Assembly: GCA_017881445.1 (NCBI GenBank)
Contig: JADGQX010000001.1
Span: 1,942 to 65,941, forward strand
Length of the DNA: 64,000 bases
Direction of reading: 5' to 3'
DNA from: Gemmatimonadota bacterium
Lineage (GTDB): Bacteria > Gemmatimonadota > Gemmatimonadetes > Longimicrobiales > RSA9
A program made the translations under genes and the position numbers. A model generated the notes under the pieces. It saw only the letters and a program-made list of their open reading frames with translations, did no database searches and had not been told where the DNA came from. Position 1 is the stretch's first letter; every line of letters begins with the position of its first letter. This document shows, piece after piece, positions 60,915 to 64,000 of the stretch.

Positions 60915-61691
60915 TCAGCTCTTTCGGTCGATGACGTACACGTTTCTCTGCGCGGTCGGATAGACGACGACGTCGAGGATGTTCACGTGCTCGGGAGTGC
61001 CGGCGACGTAGGCGACGATGTCGGCCACGTCGTCGGGGGTGAGCGGCTGGAATCCCTTGTAGACGCCGGCGGCGCGTTCCTGGTCGCCGTGGAAGCGCAC
61101 GCTGGAGAATTCCGTCTCGACCATCCCCGGGTCCACGCTGGATACGCGGATGGGCGTTCCGGCCAGGTCGAGGCTGATGCCTTCGGTCAGTGCCCGCACG
61201 GCGAACTTCGTGGCGCCGTACACGTTGCCCTTGGGATAGGCGAGGTGCCCGGCGGTGCTGCCGATATTGATCACGTGGCCGCGCCCCTCCTCGATCATCC
61301 GGGGCAGCAGGGCGCGCGTGACGTTGAGCAGCCCCTTGATGTTGGTGTCGATCATCCGGTCCCAGTCGTCCGGATCACCGGCCTGGATCGGGTCGAGGCC
61401 GGCGGCGAGGCCGGCGTTGTTGAGGAGGACGTGGGGGACGCCCCATTCGGCGACGAGGTGCTCCACGGCCTGGAAGACCGGCTCGCGCTGGCGCACGTCC
61501 ACCTCGCCCGTGACGTGCTCAGCTTCGGGAGCGGCAGCGCGCAACTCGTCCACCAGCTCGCGCAGCCGGTCCCCGCGGCGCGCCCAGGCCGCCACGGACG
61601 CGCCCTCGGCGGCGAAGCGCAGCGCGCAGGCCCGTCCGATACCGGAGCTGGCCCCGGTCACCAGCACCCTCTTCCCTTGCAGCCGCCCCAT
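60915..61691 (-). CDS. SDR-family NAD(P)-dependent oxidoreductase (YdfG-like)
   Basis: ORF track 60915..61775, trimmed to ATG 61691 (GGAGAAGG SD). It carries VTGASSGIG, NNAG and YGATKFA (YxxxK). Confidence 0.9.
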   Translation of the reverse strand: MGRLQGKRVLVTGASSGIGRACALRFAAEGASVAAWARRGDRLRELVDELRAAAPEAEHVTGEVDVRQREPVFQAVEHLVAEWGVPHVLLNNAGLAAGLDPIQAGDPDDWDRMIDTNIKGLLNVTRALLPRMIEEGRGHVINIGSTAGHLAYPKGNVYGATKFAVRALTEGISLDLAGTPIRVSSVDPGMVETEFSSVRFHGDQERAAGVYKGFQPLTPDDVADIVAYVAGTPEHVNILDVVVYPTAQRNVYVIDRKS

Positions 61692-61710
61692 TCCGCCTTC
61701 TCCTGGAAAG

Positions 61711-62190
61711 CTAGCCCGCGATCGCCGGGACAACGCTGACCTTCGCGATGCGCACCTCGTCGCGGGGCCGGTCACTCGAGCCCGTGGGCAGCTTGCCGAT
61801 GGCCCTCACCGAGTCCATGCCCTTCGAGACCCGCCCGAAGATGGCGTGCTTGCCATCCAGCCAGGGCGTCGCGGCCAGGGTGATGAAGAACTGGGAGCCG
61901 CCGGTGTTGGGCCCGGCGTTGGCCATGGACAGGATTCCGTCGAAGGAGTGGTGCAGGGAGGGAGCGAACTCATCCTTGATGCTGTAACCGGGTCCGCCGC
62001 GGCCGGTGCCCGTGGGATCGCCGCCCTGGATCATGAAGCCGTCGATGATCCGGTGGAAGATGGTGCCGTCGTAGAAGCCCTTGGCGACGAGGTCGAGGAA
62101 GTTCCTGGCCGTCTTCGGTGCCTTGTCCTCGAAGACCTCGACATCGAAGCTGCCCTTGTTGGTATCGAAGCGGACCGTCGGATTCGCCAT
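61711..62190 (-). CDS. Cyclophilin-type peptidyl-prolyl cis-trans isomerase (cytoplasmic)
   Basis: ORF track 61711..62421, trimmed to ATG 62190 ([15 protein letters not shown]). It carries [15 protein letters not shown] and [16 protein letters not shown]. Confidence 0.93.
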   Translation of the reverse strand: MANPTVRFDTNKGSFDVEVFEDKAPKTARNFLDLVAKGFYDGTIFHRIIDGFMIQGGDPTGTGRGGPGYSIKDEFAPSLHHSFDGILSMANAGPNTGGSQFFITLAATPWLDGKHAIFGRVSKGMDSVRAIGKLPTGSSDRPRDEVRIAKVSVVPAIAG

Positions 62191-62260
62191 GCGCCTCTCC
62201 GGGATTCGGGTGGGCCGCCAACGTACGGCTTCCGCCCCCTCCCGGCCAGCCCGCGCACCC

Positions 62261-63376
62261 TCAGGCGGGAGCGATGACGACGCGGTCCTTGCCGGAGCCC
62301 TTGGCCGTGTACATGGCGTCGTCGGCGCGGCGCAGCAGCGCGTTCTTGCGCATCTCGGCGGTTCCCGTGCCGTGGCGCGGCTGGTAGAGCGCCACGCCCA
62401 CGGAAGCCGAGATCGCGCCACGGAGGTGCAGCGGAGGGTACCCCTCGTCGTAGGGCTGGTCCACGAAGGTGGTCTCGAGGACCATGCGGCGGATCTGCTC
62501 GGCCATCTGGCGTCCCTGCTCCAGCGTGCTCTGGGGCAGGACCACCACGAACTCGTCGCCGCCGTAGCGAGCGACGATGGCGTCGTCGCGGTCCACGACG
62601 CGTTTCAGCAGGAAGCCGAAATCGCGCAGCACCTGGCTGCCGGCAAAGTGCCCGTAGTGGTCGTTGACGGACTTGAAGTTGTCGAGATCCAGGAAGATGG
62701 CAACGCACTCGCGGCCGGTGGCGTCGGCCTCGTCCAGCATCTCCATGAGGCGGGCGTGCAGCCAGCGGCCGTTCGACAGGCCGGTCAGGTCGTCGCGCTT
62801 GGCCAGCTCGCTGGCCCGCTTGGCATCCAGCGCGTTCTGCAGCGTGGAGGCGGTGTAATCCGCGAAGATCTCGAGCAGGCGCACATCCCGCTGGCTGTAC
62901 GGCTGCCCATCCCGCGGATTGGCCATCTCCAGCACGCCGCAGATCGTCTGCTGGATCACGATGGGCAGCGCGATGATCGAGCTCGGCCGCCCGGCCGTGA
63001 AGAGGCGCGCCTCGTCGCTCACCACGGGGTCGGAGCCGGCGTCCGCCGATAGGTACGGCTGACCCGTGCGGTAGACGATGCCCGGAATCCCCACCCGGGC
63101 CGAGATCCGACGGCCGAGGATGGCAGCCGACGCCGGACCGAAGACGGCCACGTAGTGCAGCTCGTTCTCCTCCCGGGCGGGCACCTTGCACGTGGGGTCG
63201 TCCAGCAGGACGGCGCCGGACTCCGATGGCAGGAACTCGGCGGACTTCTGGAGCACCTCCCGCAGGTAGGGCTCGATGTCCACCTGCGGCACCGTCGTGG
63301 GCAGCTTGCGCCGCTCCAGGAAGCGCTCGAGCTCCCCGGCCGGCAGCGAGTGCGTCGCCACGGGTCCCCGGGTCAT
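62261..63376 (-). CDS. GAF-domain diguanylate cyclase (GAF-GGDEF)
   Basis: ORF track 62261..63499, trimmed to ATG 63376 ([10 protein letters not shown]...). The N-terminal half is GAF-like. The C-terminal half carries [11 protein letters not shown] and [12 protein letters not shown]. Confidence 0.9.
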   Translation of the reverse strand: MTRGPVATHSLPAGELERFLERRKLPTTVPQVDIEPYLREVLQKSAEFLPSESGAVLLDDPTCKVPAREENELHYVAVFGPASAAILGRRISARVGIPGIVYRTGQPYLSADAGSDPVVSDEARLFTAGRPSSIIALPIVIQQTICGVLEMANPRDGQPYSQRDVRLLEIFADYTASTLQNALDAKRASELAKRDDLTGLSNGRWLHARLMEMLDEADATGRECVAIFLDLDNFKSVNDHYGHFAGSQVLRDFGFLLKRVVDRDDAIVARYGGDEFVVVLPQSTLEQGRQMAEQIRRMVLETTFVDQPYDEGYPPLHLRGAISASVGVALYQPRHGTGTAEMRKNALLRRADDAMYTAKGSGKDRVVIAPA

Positions 63377-64000
63377 GGGCGCCTCGCCGGCCAGGGTCCC
63401 CGCCAGCGCGCAATGCGCCCGTCCGGACCTGCAGCCCAGCCCGCCGACGCCGTGGCGAACGAGACCGTGTTGTACGCGACCGTGTCCGCCACCGTCCAAC
63501 TCCCCCCGTCATCTGTGGAGTAGCCCGAGCCTGATGGCCCCACCGCCATCAGGGTCGGCGTCCCGGTGCCCGGAACGTATGCGACGCCGTAACGCACGCC
63601 CGCGGGCGCCGCCGGTCCGGCGGGCGTCCACGTGCCACCACCATCGCCGGTGCGCAATGCGAGGGCGCCCGGCACGCGCGGGCGGGAATAGTCGCCCCCG
63701 ACGGCAATGCCGTGCCGCTCATCGCGGAACGCCACACCGAAGATCCCGGCCGTCGCCCCCGCCGGCATGGACGTGGCCGCGACCGACCAGCTGCGCCCGC
63801 CATCCCGTGTGCGGTAGACGCGTGCGTGCCCGCCCCCGCCCGTGCCGATCCAGGCGAGCAGGCGCTCGCCCAGCCCGCCTCTCGCGCCCACCCGGGAGAC
63901 TGCAAGCGCCGTCCCACTGGCGGCGAAGCCCGCCTCCCCCGGCAGCGCCGGCGGAACCGAGGCGCTGTCCGCCCGGGTCCAGCTTGCGCCGGCGTCGCTC
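63373..64000 (-). CDS. BNR/Asp-box repeat beta-propeller protein (Ycf48/sialidase-like). The N-terminus lies beyond the window end.
   Basis: ORF track 63373..63891. The same frame stays open to 64000 and reads ...SDAGASWTRAD, an Asp-box, upstream of the listed start. Further Asp-boxes are TRDGGRSW, TGDGGGTW and STDDGGSW. Confidence 0.75.
   Translation of the reverse strand, partial: SDAGASWTRADSASVPPALPGEAGFAASGTALAVSRVGARGGLGERLLAWIGTGGGGHARVYRTRDGGRSWSVAATSMPAGATAGIFGVAFRDERHGIAVGGDYSRPRVPGALALRTGDGGGTWTPAGPAAPAGVRYGVAYVPGTGTPTLMAVGPSGSGYSTDDGGSWTVADTVAYNTVSFATASAGWAAGPDGRIARWRGPWPARRP

Overview
This is very GC-rich DNA (by eye about 70% G+C) that looks chromosomal and comes from a diderm bacterium, since it encodes FadL-type and Omp85-type outer-membrane proteins and many lipoproteins. 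The protein set would fit a lineage such as Gemmatimonadota, but taxonomy cannot be settled from this window. I call 49 protein-coding genes (two cut by the window edges) and one probable gene remnant. I recognise no rRNA, tRNA, CRISPR array, transposase, integrase or known defence gene.

Gene content, left to right:
- 1-9665 (minus strand): a tightly coupled seven-gene operon of sensor kinase, sigma-54-type response regulator, three GT2 glycosyltransferases, a bi-domain oxidoreductase and an AsnB-like amidotransferase.
- 9986-13120: a divergent 1044-aa gene that fuses a zinc-peptidase-like domain, a TolB-like propeller and an Omp85-type barrel.
- 13391-20014: a secreted SGNH lipase plus FadL cluster, facing an ADP-forming acyl-CoA synthetase and a BtpA-like gene.
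- 20543-28734: a diguanylate cyclase, mpl, the conserved tesA / ybbA / ybbP-type unit, and a PAP2 phosphatase.
- 28816-37905: a DEAD-box helicase, a P-type ATPase, a DUF4015-like glycoside hydrolase, an alkaline-phosphatase-family enzyme and murB.
- 38037-64000: assorted envelope, signalling and housekeeping genes, including an M16 peptidase, an H1-like Lys/Ala/Pro protein, a CheY-like receiver, a lactate permease, an ABC-F ATPase, a DedA-PAP2 fusion, an MsbA-like exporter, trxA, a cyclophilin and a GAF-GGDEF protein.

The most unusual signals are in the non-coding DNA:
1. An intergenic element built from tandem GATGGGGN octamers in inverted pairs (three loci) has G-quadruplex potential. A similar structure built from GAGGCT hexamers lies after murB.
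2. Four 11-bp direct repeats sit in exact helical register upstream of the CheY-like gene.
3. Candidate -24/-12 (sigma-54) promoters occur, one directly between the sigma-54 activator operon and the giant outer-membrane fusion gene.

I found no clear-cut novel multi-gene system. The activator operon plus the fusion protein is the best candidate for one.

All calls rest on reading ORF translations and motifs by eye. No database search was run. Start codons are best guesses, and regulatory calls are hypotheses.
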